64,000 bases of DNA, taken from contig CAVUDP010000004.1 of the NCBI GenBank assembly GCA_963740315.1, forward strand, positions 768,001 to 832,000, given 5' to 3'. Below the pieces are notes generated by a model. The model was not told the DNA's origin. It was given only the letters and a program-made list of their open reading frames with translations, and made no database searches. Of this stretch, positions 1-10,828 are shown one piece after another. Origin of the DNA: an uncultured cyanobacterium (GTDB lineage Bacteria > Cyanobacteriota > Cyanobacteriia > Cyanobacteriales > Nostocaceae). How positions within the stretch are numbered: position 1 is the stretch's first letter; every line of letters begins with the position of its first letter. A program made the position numbers and the translations under genes.

Positions 1-798
1 TTGAGTTGAACCTCCGGCTGTCCGCAAAACATCAAGAACGTTGGGTAATGAAGGATTAACTGGATAGACTCCCGGTCTGGTGATTTCTCCAGCTAGATTT
101 ACTTGAATGGGTCTTGGCGATAACAGCGAAATGGTGACAACAGGGTCTACTTGAGTGCGCTGTAAACCCAAACGAATCTTTTCTTGTGCTTCTTCTAAAG
201 TTAAACCTTTGACCGAAATTTTTCCCAGTCGCGGTATTGCTACGTTACCTTCTGCATCTACTCGCGTCTGAAAATTTAAAGGAGGACGTTGTGCAGCTAA
301 TGCGACAGTAACGCTTGGTTCGACTACAAAACGATTCAAGCCAGCACGAATTTTTGCTTGGGCTTGTTCTACGGTCAAACCTTGGAGGGATACAGTTCCG
401 ACTAAAGGCACTACAACATTACCCTCTCGATTAATCGATGCTTGAAAGCTCAAATTGGGGAAACGCTGCACTATTACAGTAATTCCATCTCCCGGTCCCA
501 AACGATAGCGACCTTCGGGTGGTTCCACAAATATAGCGATAACATCATCCGTTCCCAAAAAATATCTAGTAAATTGAGGTGAAATCTCTCCATCGTCGTT
601 TGAGGGAGAAGGAGCTAAAAACTCCGAGTCGGTTGGAGGCGCGGGAAGCGGTCCTACGGGGTCTTTTTGTTGAGGTAGTTCTTGAGGGCTTTGAGCAAAA
701 ACTGGTTGGGAAACTGCTGCTAAAAAAAGACTTACTTGAAGACTGGCAGCACAAAAGGCGTTGAATGCACGCATATGACGTAATCGAGTTCTAAACAT
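1..798 (-). CDS. Polysaccharide export protein (Wza/Poly_export + SLBB), 3' end beyond window edge
   Basis: Not in the ORF track; translated by hand from in-frame ATGs at 798 or 774 and open to position 1: signal peptide, YRLGPGDGITV, EGNVVVPLVG, GLTLEEAQEKI, then VNLAGEITRPGVY (SLBB start). Confidence 0.88.
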   Translation of the reverse strand, partial: MFRTRLRHMRAFNAFCAASLQVSLFLAAVSQPVFAQSPQELPQQKDPVGPLPAPPTDSEFLAPSPSNDDGEISPQFTRYFLGTDDVIAIFVEPPEGRYRLGPGDGITVIVQRFPNLSFQASINREGNVVVPLVGTVSLQGLTVEQAQAKIRAGLNRFVVEPSVTVALAAQRPPLNFQTRVDAEGNVAIPRLGKISVKGLTLEEAQEKIRLGLQRTQVDPVVTISLLSPRPIQVNLAGEITRPGVYPVNPSLPNVLDVLRTAGGSTQ

Positions 799-916
799 CT
801 GTGCTTTTAAGCTGAAGGCTTAAGTGGGCGAAACATTTATTTTAATAAAATACTTAAACTATCTATTTTCTATATTTATTTTTTATACACAGCCTTGATC
901 CCCACTCGCGATACTA

Positions 917-1630
917 TTAAGAATTGAAATTAAATAATGTAGTTTGCACGCTTTGACCAATAGACTTTACTTGTTGCCAGGTTGTTTCTACTTTCCCAAA
1001 AGGTTCCATTGGAATCAATAAACTAACAGCAATCCACGGAACGCGCTGGTTGTGCCACTGTGCTAATTGGTCTGCCCAGAACCAGTTTAAAGGCGAAAAA
1101 TGTCCTTGATTAGGCATGGCGTACCATTGCAAAACAGCAAAGGTTTGATTCTTGCTAGATGCGCGAAAAAATCTCGCTTCTACTTTAGTTTCGTCTTTAA
1201 ATTGTGGCTGTTTAACCGTAAATTGTGCTTGCCGATATTGAGCAACTTGCCACTCTCCCCACTGCATTCTTCCCCAGCTATTAATTTCCGTCCATTCAAC
1301 TTGGGGTTGGGTTTTGGGACCGTTTTGCGGTAACAACAATAATATAGCTGTTTGGCTTAAATCCTCCTTTTCCATAACTTGCAAAGACCATTTACCAGAG
1401 CCTAGTTGTTGTTCCTGTTGTTGAGTAATTTTCCAACCGGGTAATGTTAAACCCGTTTTACGCAACTGCTTTATCTCCCCAAGATTGGTAATAGGTGGTG
1501 GTTCTTTCCATTGCCAATTGCCTTTAAGGTATCCCGGTAATGCCCCTATCGCCAGTAGCAGCACTAATAAACATAGTGCTGCTATCTGTAAAAACTGACG
1601 TTCCTTGAAAAATCGGGAAAGGGAAATCAT
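917..1630 (-). CDS. Cyanoexosortase B system-associated protein
   Basis: N-terminal TM anchor, GPKTQPQVEW and FWADQLAQW motifs, immediately downstream of the exosortase; ATG at 1630 preferred over the track start at 1657. Confidence 0.8.
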   Translation of the reverse strand: MISLSRFFKERQFLQIAALCLLVLLLAIGALPGYLKGNWQWKEPPPITNLGEIKQLRKTGLTLPGWKITQQQEQQLGSGKWSLQVMEKEDLSQTAILLLLPQNGPKTQPQVEWTEINSWGRMQWGEWQVAQYRQAQFTVKQPQFKDETKVEARFFRASSKNQTFAVLQWYAMPNQGHFSPLNWFWADQLAQWHNQRVPWIAVSLLIPMEPFGKVETTWQQVKSIGQSVQTTLFNFNS

Positions 1631-1739
1631 TAGTAAAGTATTAACTACAAAAGACAAAATTGTACTTTTTATACCGTCATTTTGAGTTCAGTAATTTCAA
1701 CAGTCCTATATTTATTATGAACTATTGAAAACGGGGAAT

Positions 1740-2636
1740 CTACTGAACTTCACCCTCTGGGTTTATTTCCGCATCTTCTGAAAAATAATTATCAATCCAG
1801 TTGATCGCGGGTATTAATACTAGTAACATACAAGCAGAATAAAGATCCCCACCCCAACTATCGTGCAACCAGTGAAAAGCCCCATCTTGTCCGGTAGCAT
1901 GAAAGAAAGTAAGTAAAGTATTACGAATTATATTTGCAGTAACGCTGATAATCGCTGCTATTGATAGAAACCAAATACTTTTGCGTCGGGAAGATAAAGT
2001 ATCCGTCCAATAAAGTAATATCAAACCGACATACATAGTAGTAAACAGCATTTTTAAGCCCGCACAATAAGGTGCAACCTCTACAATGCGTCCATTAGCG
2101 TATATATTAATTCCATCTACAACTACGGGCAGATTAAACTGATTGAGGATAAAGCCAGCAGTTCCGGCAATAAAGCCTTGCAAGGGTAAAGTAAAAGGTG
2201 CAATTAAGTATGGTGCTGAGTTAGGAGTTGCTAGCAGAATCAATAGTAAAGGGAAGCCCTGTAATTTAAAACCGGACATTCCTTTTAACCACAAACATAA
2301 TCCAGCCAATATTGCGGGGAAAGAAAGGTTTACCCATTCACCAACACCGCTAAGATAAAAGACTCCTCCTAGTGCCAACAATACGGCACCCAAAACATGG
2401 GTTTTATCCGGTAATCTTTTCCATTGTTTACGATTCATCCAAACCAAATAAGCCGCAAATGGGAAACCGATCATCCCGTGGCTAAAATATTCGTGTTCCG
2501 TACTAATATTTTTATTGATCCAGCCGTCGTACCAAAAAAGTACTAAGGGAGCGTAAATCAGTACTAATACACCTAATATGGCGAAATTAAATAATTGTGG
2601 TGGAATCGAACGTCTTGCTTGATGCTGAGTTAACAT
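1740..2636 (-). CDS. Cyanoexosortase B (exosortase family)
   Basis: Multi-TM protein, EHEYFSHG, catalytic Cys (VAPYCAG), Arg (ANIIR), His (WLHD). Confidence 0.88.
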   Translation of the reverse strand: MLTQHQARRSIPPQLFNFAILGVLVLIYAPLVLFWYDGWINKNISTEHEYFSHGMIGFPFAAYLVWMNRKQWKRLPDKTHVLGAVLLALGGVFYLSGVGEWVNLSFPAILAGLCLWLKGMSGFKLQGFPLLLILLATPNSAPYLIAPFTLPLQGFIAGTAGFILNQFNLPVVVDGINIYANGRIVEVAPYCAGLKMLFTTMYVGLILLYWTDTLSSRRKSIWFLSIAAIISVTANIIRNTLLTFFHATGQDGAFHWLHDSWGGDLYSACMLLVLIPAINWIDNYFSEDAEINPEGEVQ

Positions 2637-2845
2637 AATTTCAATTAATTAGTTAATTAAACTTATAAAACAATATTAAAGAGTGCCAACAGTCAATATT
2701 TAAATTGACGATGATGATTATAAACTTACATAAATCAGAAACCGTCTTGCACAAAGGATAAATATTTTTATGTGCTTGATATTTTTTTCTCATTATTTTT
2801 ATACTATTGACTGCTGACTGCTCGCTAACTAATAACCTAACATTC

Positions 2846-4009
2846 TTAAATATGCAGCAACTTCTCTTGAGGTTCGCTAACTATTGATGCAATAACTGCT
2901 ACCACTTCTTTTACCTGGCTGCTAGTCAAACCGGGATACATGGGTAAAGATAATATCTGTTTTGCTAGCGTTTCAGAATGAGGAAAGTCCCCCATCTTAT
3001 AACCTAAATTGCTAAAAGCAGGCTGGAGATGACAGGGAATCGGATAGTGAATTCCTGTTTGAATTCCTCTATTTCTAAGTTTTTCTTGAATTTGTTCTCT
3101 CTGTAAAGGACATTCGGCGCTGACTTTAATTACATAAAGGTGATAAACGTGTCCGTCACCACTTTGATTTTGCATGGGAGTAATTCCCAGGGATTTCAAG
3201 GGTGCTAGTTCGCGATCGTACTGCTGAGCTATTTCCAAACGATTGGCATTCCATCCTTCTAGATGGGGTAACTTTTGATGCAGTACTGCTGCTTGTAAAG
3301 TATCCAAACGGCTATTTGTACCCGATTCTACGTGAAAATATTTTTTAGATGCACCATAATTCCGCAATCGCACCATTTTTTGGGCAACTTCCTTGTCTTG
3401 CGTAACTAAGATTCCACCATCACCAAATGCACCCAAGTTCTTACTAGGATAAAAGCTATAAGCTGCTGCTGTTCCTACAGAACCCGCTCGATACCCATCT
3501 CTGTGGGCTAAATGCGCCTGTGCTGCATCTTCAAAAACTAGTAGATTATGTGTTTGAGCAAAATCTAATAGTTCTTTAGGAGACACCATCTGACCGTACA
3601 AATGCACCGGAACGATCGCTTTAGTTTTCGATGTAATGGCATTTTTTGCTGCCCCCAAATCTATTAAAGCAGTATTTGGGTCGCAATCGACAAAAATTGG
3701 TTTTGCACCCGCACGCAAAACTCCAATTAAGGTTGCTACAAATGTATTTGCAGGCAAAAGCACTTCATCTTTGTCACCTATATTACAAGCTTGCAAACCA
3801 AGAGCGATCGCATCGGTTCCACAAGCAACACCAATTCCATATTCTGCACCGCAAAGCAAAGCAAATTCTGCTTCAAAATCACTCAGCGCTTTACCTAATA
3901 TAAAATCTCCTCGTTCTAATACATCTTCAATTGCTTGCCTGATTTGTTTTTGAATTGGTTGGTGCTGCCATTTTAGGTCTACAAAGGGAATTCTTACATC
4001 ATTACTCAT
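2846..4009 (-). CDS. DegT/DnrJ/EryC1/StrS PLP-dependent sugar aminotransferase
   Basis: IPFVDL, GTDAI, PVHLYGQ, EDAAQAH, SFYPSKNLGAFGDGG, NSRLDTLQAA. Confidence 0.95.
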   Translation of the reverse strand: MSNDVRIPFVDLKWQHQPIQKQIRQAIEDVLERGDFILGKALSDFEAEFALLCGAEYGIGVACGTDAIALGLQACNIGDKDEVLLPANTFVATLIGVLRAGAKPIFVDCDPNTALIDLGAAKNAITSKTKAIVPVHLYGQMVSPKELLDFAQTHNLLVFEDAAQAHLAHRDGYRAGSVGTAAAYSFYPSKNLGAFGDGGILVTQDKEVAQKMVRLRNYGASKKYFHVESGTNSRLDTLQAAVLHQKLPHLEGWNANRLEIAQQYDRELAPLKSLGITPMQNQSGDGHVYHLYVIKVSAECPLQREQIQEKLRNRGIQTGIHYPIPCHLQPAFSNLGYKMGDFPHSETLAKQILSLPMYPGLTSSQVKEVVAVIASIVSEPQEKLLHI

Positions 4010-4814
4010 TTAGTCCGCAGCCTCTTTTAATAAAAATGATTTTTTTTACACTTGTCTTATCTATTTATGACTAAATACTTAGAAATCAGCAAAGAAAAAG
4101 TATGAAGGTTCTGTAAATTTTATATTAAATTTAATTCTATCTTGAGTTACCTTCGACAACTTATTAATGTTTTGCTATTTTTTATCTAAGTTTGTCTTAT
4201 TTTTCTGTTAAATATTTGTACGATCGTTTTCTCCTCAAACAGTTAATTAATCGATCGTATATAAGCTTTATTTAATTCATCGATTTGCGATTGAATAATA
4301 ATGCTAAATGTTATACAAATATTTTAAATCTGTATTTTTTGACCTAATTATCATCAAATACTTCAACTTATATGCTCAAAATTGAAACATAAAAAATAAC
4401 TTAAAAGAGTTATTTCTGTATCGATCTAATTATTATTCATCGTTTTTTTTGAAGCTAATGACAACAGTGAATTTACCATAAAAAAATAAGATTATGAGAA
4501 ACTTCAGTAGACTCACGGGAATTATTTGATATCTATAAAATAATATGCAGACCTGTTTTTTTCTATCCGATTATTTAAATAGATGAAATTTGAAAGCAAG
4601 CACCATTTCACCTAAAAATAATCAAGAAGAACAGATATAACTGGTAAATAAGCATCGGCGCAGTAGTCGGAAAACTAGTAAAACTTCCCACTTAAGAAAA
4701 AAAATTTACCAATCTTGTTTGTCTGAGGTGAATTTGGGGAATGCTTAAGAATAGTAAAGACTCAGCAAACAACGGTTAGATGAAATACAGTTTCCAAGAA
4801 ATATCAAGGTAGCA

Positions 4815-6347
4815 GTGGTAATGGTAGAGCCATCAAACAAAACGTTTGCCCCAAATGGTTGGGCAACACCTGAAAATCAAGAACAGCAACGCCTTCAAGC
4901 TTTATTACAGCTAGGTTTGCGGCAGCCAGAAACAATCCCGGTTTTTGAAGAAGCCACTCAAACTGCTGCTCACTTCCTCGAAGCACCGATTTCAATTTTG
5001 GGATTTGTGGATAACGAGCGGCATTGGTTTAAGTCAGCAGTGGGTTTGTCTCGATTGGGACTAATGAATCAATTAGCACAAACCCGTCAACTCTCACGCC
5101 AAGAATCTTTCTGTACCCAGGTAGTGGAAAGTTCGCAGATGGTAGTGATTAACGATACTCGTAAGCTGGAAAAAGCAGAACTTGTTAGCGGTAAGCTGGT
5201 ACAAGATTACGGGATTCGCGCTTATTTGGGAGTGCCACTGATTGACGCAGAAGGACATTGCTTAGGCGCATTAGCAGTAATGGACTTAGTACCGCGCAAT
5301 TTCACAACTAGGGATATCGAGTTTTTACAAATCATTGCTCGTTGGAGCATGAGTGAATTTGAACGCAATCGCTTAATGCAAGCGTCTCCAGTCAGAAGTG
5401 TTTCTTCTAGCGATCGCAACTTAGAATCCGAAACTCCCTCGGAAATCAAAATCAGTGCGCCTACTTTTCAAGACTCGGTTTTTACCAGTCAATTGAAATT
5501 GCAGCTTTTAGGACAGTTAACTCAGGAATTACGCACTCCTTTAACATCAGTGTTGGGTATGGCTAGTGTTTTAGGACGAGAAATTTACGGTCCTTTGACA
5601 ACTAAGCAAAGAGAATATCTCGAAATTATTCAACATAGCGGTAGATATTTGCTTTCTTTAGTCAACGAGATTTCTGAGTTAGGAGCAATGGATGATACAA
5701 ATACCGAACTAAATCTGGCTCCTGTAGATATTGAAATGCTTTGCCAGCAAGCTATCAATACTTTAGAAGAAGCAGCAGCCCGCCGCGAGCAAGATATTCG
5801 TCTATCTATAGAACCCGGACGAAATCGTATTTTGCCATTGGATAAAGACAAAGTGCGGCAAATTCTGTATCACCTAATTTTCAGCGTGATTCAACTTTCT
5901 GCGACTGGTAGCGTTGTCAGGATTCATGTTTCTTATAAAGATGATGCGCTAAACCTGACAATTTGGGTTTCTCATCCTTGGTTGGGAGAAGGAATAACCG
6001 AAGTAGATCCTTATTTCAGGCTTTCTCAAGTATCTTCGATGGAACTCGCATCCGATATAACTTCAGCCTTCAATACTCACAACCAAAGCCAAGACACGCT
6101 AACTAGTATGTCTTCGATAAACGGTATGCACACAGAGAATGTTTCTGCAAGTAAAACTGCTGTTGATTCATCCCAAGCACAATCTGGTGGCGTATCTCGC
6201 GAAACCTTGGGTTTATTGCTTAGCTGTCAATTAGCAGAGCTACACGGAGGAGAAATCGCAATTCAAGGCTCAAAAGAATCAGGATATCGGTACGTGCTTT
6301 CTTTGCCGATACAAGGTAATAATGAAGCGATCGCAGAATCTATATAA
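4815..6347 (+). CDS. GAF-domain histidine kinase-like protein, probably catalytically degenerate
   Basis: GAF (IRAYLGVPLI, LGALAVMD), HisKA-like TQELRTPL with Gln in place of the phosphoacceptor His, degenerate HATPase ending LAELHGG. Confidence 0.85.
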   Translation: MVMVEPSNKTFAPNGWATPENQEQQRLQALLQLGLRQPETIPVFEEATQTAAHFLEAPISILGFVDNERHWFKSAVGLSRLGLMNQLAQTRQLSRQESFCTQVVESSQMVVINDTRKLEKAELVSGKLVQDYGIRAYLGVPLIDAEGHCLGALAVMDLVPRNFTTRDIEFLQIIARWSMSEFERNRLMQASPVRSVSSSDRNLESETPSEIKISAPTFQDSVFTSQLKLQLLGQLTQELRTPLTSVLGMASVLGREIYGPLTTKQREYLEIIQHSGRYLLSLVNEISELGAMDDTNTELNLAPVDIEMLCQQAINTLEEAAARREQDIRLSIEPGRNRILPLDKDKVRQILYHLIFSVIQLSATGSVVRIHVSYKDDALNLTIWVSHPWLGEGITEVDPYFRLSQVSSMELASDITSAFNTHNQSQDTLTSMSSINGMHTENVSASKTAVDSSQAQSGGVSRETLGLLLSCQLAELHGGEIAIQGSKESGYRYVLSLPIQGNNEAIAESI

Positions 6348-6615
6348 TCTATATGATGAGTATTTGTTATCCCAACAATCTCCGTCTTAGCAACTAAAGC
6401 GAAAATTTTCTGATTATAGGTAATTTGTAATGATTGATGGGTAAGCGGTAATAGTTAAATATAAAACTATTACCCCATCAGCAATATTGTGCAATAAGAC
6501 AGATTGATTACCAATTTTCTCAAATGCAGTCTATATTGTTACCTTTTTTGGACTAACCACATTATTATTAGTCCAGGTTTTTCGCTCAATGCTAATTGAC
6601 TAAGGCTCTAGTTGT

Positions 6616-8043
6616 ATGGATTTCTTTTGGCAACAATTAACTTTATCTTCCTTTCCCATCAAGCAGTATATTACTACTAGCTACCTACATCGCTTTGTAG
6701 TTGGGCTTTTAAGCTCTTGGCGCTCTACTAGTATTTTACTTCGGTGGGGCGACGCGATCGCAGTTGCACTATTGAGTCTTGTATATATTCTGGCTCCTTT
6801 CGTTTCCAACGGATTGGTGGGTTTATTACTTGTAGCTTGTGTCGGATTCTGGTTGCTGCTAACTGCTTCCGATGAACCAGCACCTTCTAATGCTACAGGA
6901 GTTACACCAATACATTTGCTGGTTTTCCTCTACTGGGGAATCGCGACTGTAGCAACATCGCTATCACCAGTCAAAAAAGCAGCATTTACAGGTTGGACAA
7001 AGCTAACTTTATACTTATTGCTGTTTGCTCTTTGCGCTAGATTACTAAAATCTTCTCGCATTCGTGCTTGGCTAATTGCCGTTTATCTACATATATCTTT
7101 AATTGTGAGCGTCAACGGATTACGGCAGGCGTACTTCGGTGCTAAGGCGCTGGCGACTTGGGTAGATCCTGAATCACCTTTGTCCAAAACCACCAGGGTA
7201 TATAGTTATTTAGGTAATCCGAACTTACTTGCTGGATATCTTCTTCCTGCCGTAATTTTAAGTTTTATCGCAATTTTTGCATGGCGTAGCAGGTTTACAA
7301 AAGCTTTAGCACTCACCATGTTTATTGTCAATGGTGCTTGTTTGGTTCTTACCTATAGTCGTGGTGGTTGGATTGGTTTAGTAGTATCGTTTTTAGTACT
7401 TTTAGTATTATTGTTGTATTGGTGGAGTATCGATATGCCTCCCTTCTGGCGTACTTGGTCGCTACCAATTCTTTTAGGAAGTTTGGCAATAGTATTTCTT
7501 CTAGCAGTATTATTTGTTGCACCCGTGCGCGAAAGGGTTTTAAGCATTTTTGCCGGTAGAGGTGACAGCAGCAATAATTTCCGAATCAATGTTTGGATGG
7601 CTGTTATTGAAATGATTAAAGATCGTCCGGTAATTGGTATTGGTCCGGGTAATAGCGCATTCAATAAAGTTTATCCTCTTTATCAACGTCCTAATTTTAC
7701 AGCTTTAAGTGCTTATTCAGTTTTTCTAGAAATCGCAGTCGAAACTGGTTTAATCGGTTTTGTTTGTTTTCTATGGCTGCTAATTGTCACATTTAATTCT
7801 GGTTTAGTGCAGTTACGACGTTTGAGACTGCAACGAAATATACAAGGTTTGTGGTTAATTGCAGGAATTGCGGCTTTAGCAGGTATGCTTGGTCATGGTG
7901 TTGTTGATACTGTATGGTATCGTCCTCAGATAAATACTTTATGGTGGTTTATGGTTGGTTTGGTTGCTAGTTACTGGAAAACATTACCATCACCTCAAAT
8001 AAATCCGATAAATTCAACTTCTCCTCAACCAACGGCGAATTAA
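6616..8043 (+). CDS. ictB: IctB family membrane protein (O-antigen ligase-like)
   Basis: RVYSYLGNPNLLAGYL, TYSRGGW, DSSNNFRINVW, GIGPGNSAFNKVYPLYQ, DTVWYRP. Confidence 0.92.
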   Translation: MDFFWQQLTLSSFPIKQYITTSYLHRFVVGLLSSWRSTSILLRWGDAIAVALLSLVYILAPFVSNGLVGLLLVACVGFWLLLTASDEPAPSNATGVTPIHLLVFLYWGIATVATSLSPVKKAAFTGWTKLTLYLLLFALCARLLKSSRIRAWLIAVYLHISLIVSVNGLRQAYFGAKALATWVDPESPLSKTTRVYSYLGNPNLLAGYLLPAVILSFIAIFAWRSRFTKALALTMFIVNGACLVLTYSRGGWIGLVVSFLVLLVLLLYWWSIDMPPFWRTWSLPILLGSLAIVFLLAVLFVAPVRERVLSIFAGRGDSSNNFRINVWMAVIEMIKDRPVIGIGPGNSAFNKVYPLYQRPNFTALSAYSVFLEIAVETGLIGFVCFLWLLIVTFNSGLVQLRRLRLQRNIQGLWLIAGIAALAGMLGHGVVDTVWYRPQINTLWWFMVGLVASYWKTLPSPQINPINSTSPQPTAN

Positions 8044-8101
8044 TAAGATTTCGATTAATAACAGACGTACAATAACATACGTAAAACAATATACCCAAAA
8101 C

Positions 8102-8128
8102 TAGAGACGTAGAATTTTACGTCTCTAC
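8102..8128. repeat. REP-like palindrome (AGAGACGTA-N-TACGTCTCT family); second copy at about 63816-63846
   Basis: tagagacgtagaattttacgtctctac between convergent genes; tgtacagacgtagcaatgctacgtctctaca near the window end. Confidence 0.75.
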
Positions 8129-8132
8129 ATTA

Positions 8133-8801
8133 TTATTCCACCAAATGATGCTCCATTGCAAAACGTACTAATTCGACTCGATTACTAGTATCGCTTTTTC
8201 TTAACAAGCTGCTAACATATTTTTCTACAGTTCGAGGACTCAGGTGTAAGCTATCGCCAATTTCAGCATTAGAAAGTCCATGAGTTAAAAGTTCTAAAAC
8301 TTCCTGTTCTCTATTGGTGAGAGATTCATGTAATTTAGTTATTTTATGATTAGAAAAATCTGTTTGACTAGTAGCATCAGCTTTTTTAAAATTTTCTTGT
8401 AACGATAATTGATATTCAGATTGAATAATTTGACTTCGTTCCAAAAGATTACTAATCGCAGCAGCTAATTCTTCAAGTTCAAAAGGTTTGGGTAAATATA
8501 AATCGCATCCAGATTGATAACCTAAAATTCTTTCTTGTGTTTGAGTTCTCGCTGTTAATAAAATAACGGGCAACAGACGAAACTGGGCTTGCTGACGCAC
8601 TCTACGCACAAGTTCGTAGCCATTCACTTGCGGCATAATAATATCGGTGACAATCAAGTCTGGATGGTGTTTATTCACCATAGTAAAACCTTCTTGACCA
8701 TCATTAGCTGTTATTACAGTGTAGCCAGATAATCCGAGATAATCGCTGATAGACAGACGAGTACCTAAATCGTCATCTACTACAAGAATTTTAAAGGGCA
8801 T
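8133..8801 (-). CDS. NarL/LuxR family response regulator
   Basis: REC domain (VVDDD, TDIIMP, LTAR, KPF) plus LuxR HTH (LTNREQEVL, SNAEI, SPRTVEKY). Confidence 0.95.
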   Translation of the reverse strand: MPFKILVVDDDLGTRLSISDYLGLSGYTVITANDGQEGFTMVNKHHPDLIVTDIIMPQVNGYELVRRVRQQAQFRLLPVILLTARTQTQERILGYQSGCDLYLPKPFELEELAAAISNLLERSQIIQSEYQLSLQENFKKADATSQTDFSNHKITKLHESLTNREQEVLELLTHGLSNAEIGDSLHLSPRTVEKYVSSLLRKSDTSNRVELVRFAMEHHLVE

Positions 8802-9292
8802 ACACCTTACACCCCAATAACATTTTTTAACTTCAGTTCTAGACTTAGATGAGTACTATCGATAAACATTACCTCCACTCCAGTACTCTTATTTTTCATA
8901 CTATGACACCATTACCTTGAATTCACTCTCTCAAGGGTGAATTTATTAAAAAAATGTTAAATCATCAGAATGAAATATTTGTTAAGAAATATTACGGATA
9001 TTTAATGTAGTTCAATTAATATACGCTCAAAAATAAATATATCAACAATTGTATTAAGTTTTTTAAGTATACCTCTGTAGCTCAATATCTAACTGAATAT
9101 GTCAGGATTTGAAGATATATTGAGCAAAAATTGCTTTTATAAGTACTTGTGCCAACATTCAATTGAACATTTCAGGCAACGGTTAACTAAGCAGTAAATA
9201 TATGAATAATTTTCCTTGACTACTGATAATAGGAAAATCTATGCAAATTCAAAGAGTTATTTGTTATTGAGTATTTATGCTTAATATTTATT

Positions 9293-10630
9293 TTAATCTT
9301 TCTCAGGATGCAAGTAATCCTGGAAATAGAATTGAGGAATTAACCAAAATTTGAGCCAAGCAAAAGCTGCTAAACTTAATAATCCCGTTAGCATTAAAGG
9401 TAAACCAAGCTTAATTCTAAGTGCGTCGGGAAGAGTTGCCACAATTGAAATAACAATTGCAAAATATGTGACGAAAAAGACTTGTAAACGCTGTGAATTT
9501 TTCAGTGCATTTCTACAACTATTGCAATTTTGAGTATGTTGTTTGTAACGGTCGAGTAATACTTGACGGTTATCATTTATAGTTAATTTAGAATTTTCTG
9601 GAACCTTAATTCCGACTTGATTCCAAGGTAGCTGTCCTTGAGCATATTTATCAAACCAATTGCGAAATTCAATTATTAAACGGTCTGCACTAGTTGGTAA
9701 TTGGTAAGCAGTTTTCCAACTTTCTACCGATTGTCTTTCTTGAAGAAAATGCTCTTGCTGATGCAGAAGAATCATATCACCATCGAGGACTTGATTCCTA
9801 ATTTTGATATGACTCCACCAGCGCGGTATAACGCGATTGAGGTTTCCAGCAAAATTACGACTAAATTGAGCGACAATTCTTGATTTACCGGGGTAAGTTG
9901 GTATGCAGTAGGTGACAAGTCCAAGTTGCTTGCCTTCGTTACCAACACGGATTGTATATTCTAAGCGACAAGGCGGCTCAAAAGTAATAGTGGTATTAAA
10001 TCTTCCTTGTGAAGTCGCTTCAATTAAATTTACTGTTGATTTGATAATTTCTAAAGAGACGGGTGAAGCCTGTTCGCGATCGCCCTGTACGCCGTGATGG
10101 GTAAAAGGAACATGACTTGGATCTGCGACATTTTCTACAAGAGTTTGCCAATCATATTCTAAATCGCGGACGTAAGAAGACCAAACAAAACCTTTACTGG
10201 CATCGACTTGAGGTGAAAGAGGTAATGGAGTATCGGCAGCTAGTTGTGGTGAATTTGCATCCAGCCAAACCCACAGTAAATCATTTTCTTGACGTACTGG
10301 TAACGTCACCGCACAAAGATTTTGTTGATTTTTAGTCACAATCTGTGGATTCTCGGCTTGGGGAATCCGGGTACAAATTCCTTGAGCATCAAATTGCCAA
10401 CCATGATAGCTGCACATCAAATTACCCGTTTTTTCATCAACCCTTCCCTCGCTTAAAGGCGCAAGACGATGGGGACATTTATCGAAAAATACTCGGTAAT
10501 CGGATGATTGCGGCTTCCAGATAACTAAGCGAAGCCCTAAAACAGTGACTGCCGTTGGCTGTTGGGGGTTGATATCTTCAACAGGCGAGACAGGATACCA
10601 ATGCTGAAAAAAGTTGAATTCGGATTGCAT
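9293..10630 (-). CDS. Rieske oxygenase, PaO/PTC52/Tic55 family
   Basis: CPHRLAPL...CSYHGW Rieske ligands, ENVADPSHVPFTHH mononuclear Fe motif, C-terminal CNSC and two TM helices. Confidence 0.9.
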   Translation of the reverse strand: MQSEFNFFQHWYPVSPVEDINPQQPTAVTVLGLRLVIWKPQSSDYRVFFDKCPHRLAPLSEGRVDEKTGNLMCSYHGWQFDAQGICTRIPQAENPQIVTKNQQNLCAVTLPVRQENDLLWVWLDANSPQLAADTPLPLSPQVDASKGFVWSSYVRDLEYDWQTLVENVADPSHVPFTHHGVQGDREQASPVSLEIIKSTVNLIEATSQGRFNTTITFEPPCRLEYTIRVGNEGKQLGLVTYCIPTYPGKSRIVAQFSRNFAGNLNRVIPRWWSHIKIRNQVLDGDMILLHQQEHFLQERQSVESWKTAYQLPTSADRLIIEFRNWFDKYAQGQLPWNQVGIKVPENSKLTINDNRQVLLDRYKQHTQNCNSCRNALKNSQRLQVFFVTYFAIVISIVATLPDALRIKLGLPLMLTGLLSLAAFAWLKFWLIPQFYFQDYLHPEKD

Positions 10631-10828
10631 TTTTGAAGCAGGCAGCAGCCAGCAAACGCTAAAAATAGATATCTACATAAAAAAACACATTATCTCAAAG
10701 TTAATCTAATCAGCATTAAAGTTCGCATTTCTTCACTTCGCTAGCATCGATCGGCAGTTTTTCAAGAGCTTTTTGGCGTAACCTGATATTTATATCGCCC
10801 CTTTTAAAGTTGAGAAAGGTTACGATTC

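Noticed and set aside
566..764. Two short track ORFs (62 and 61 aa)
   Set aside because: They overlap the real Wza-like frame (1-798, minus), which the track missed because it has no stop in the window
8067..8094. Two back-to-back GTA-N8-TAC NtcA-like boxes
   Set aside because: Located between convergent 3' ends and explicable as a decayed AGACGTA...TACGT REP copy
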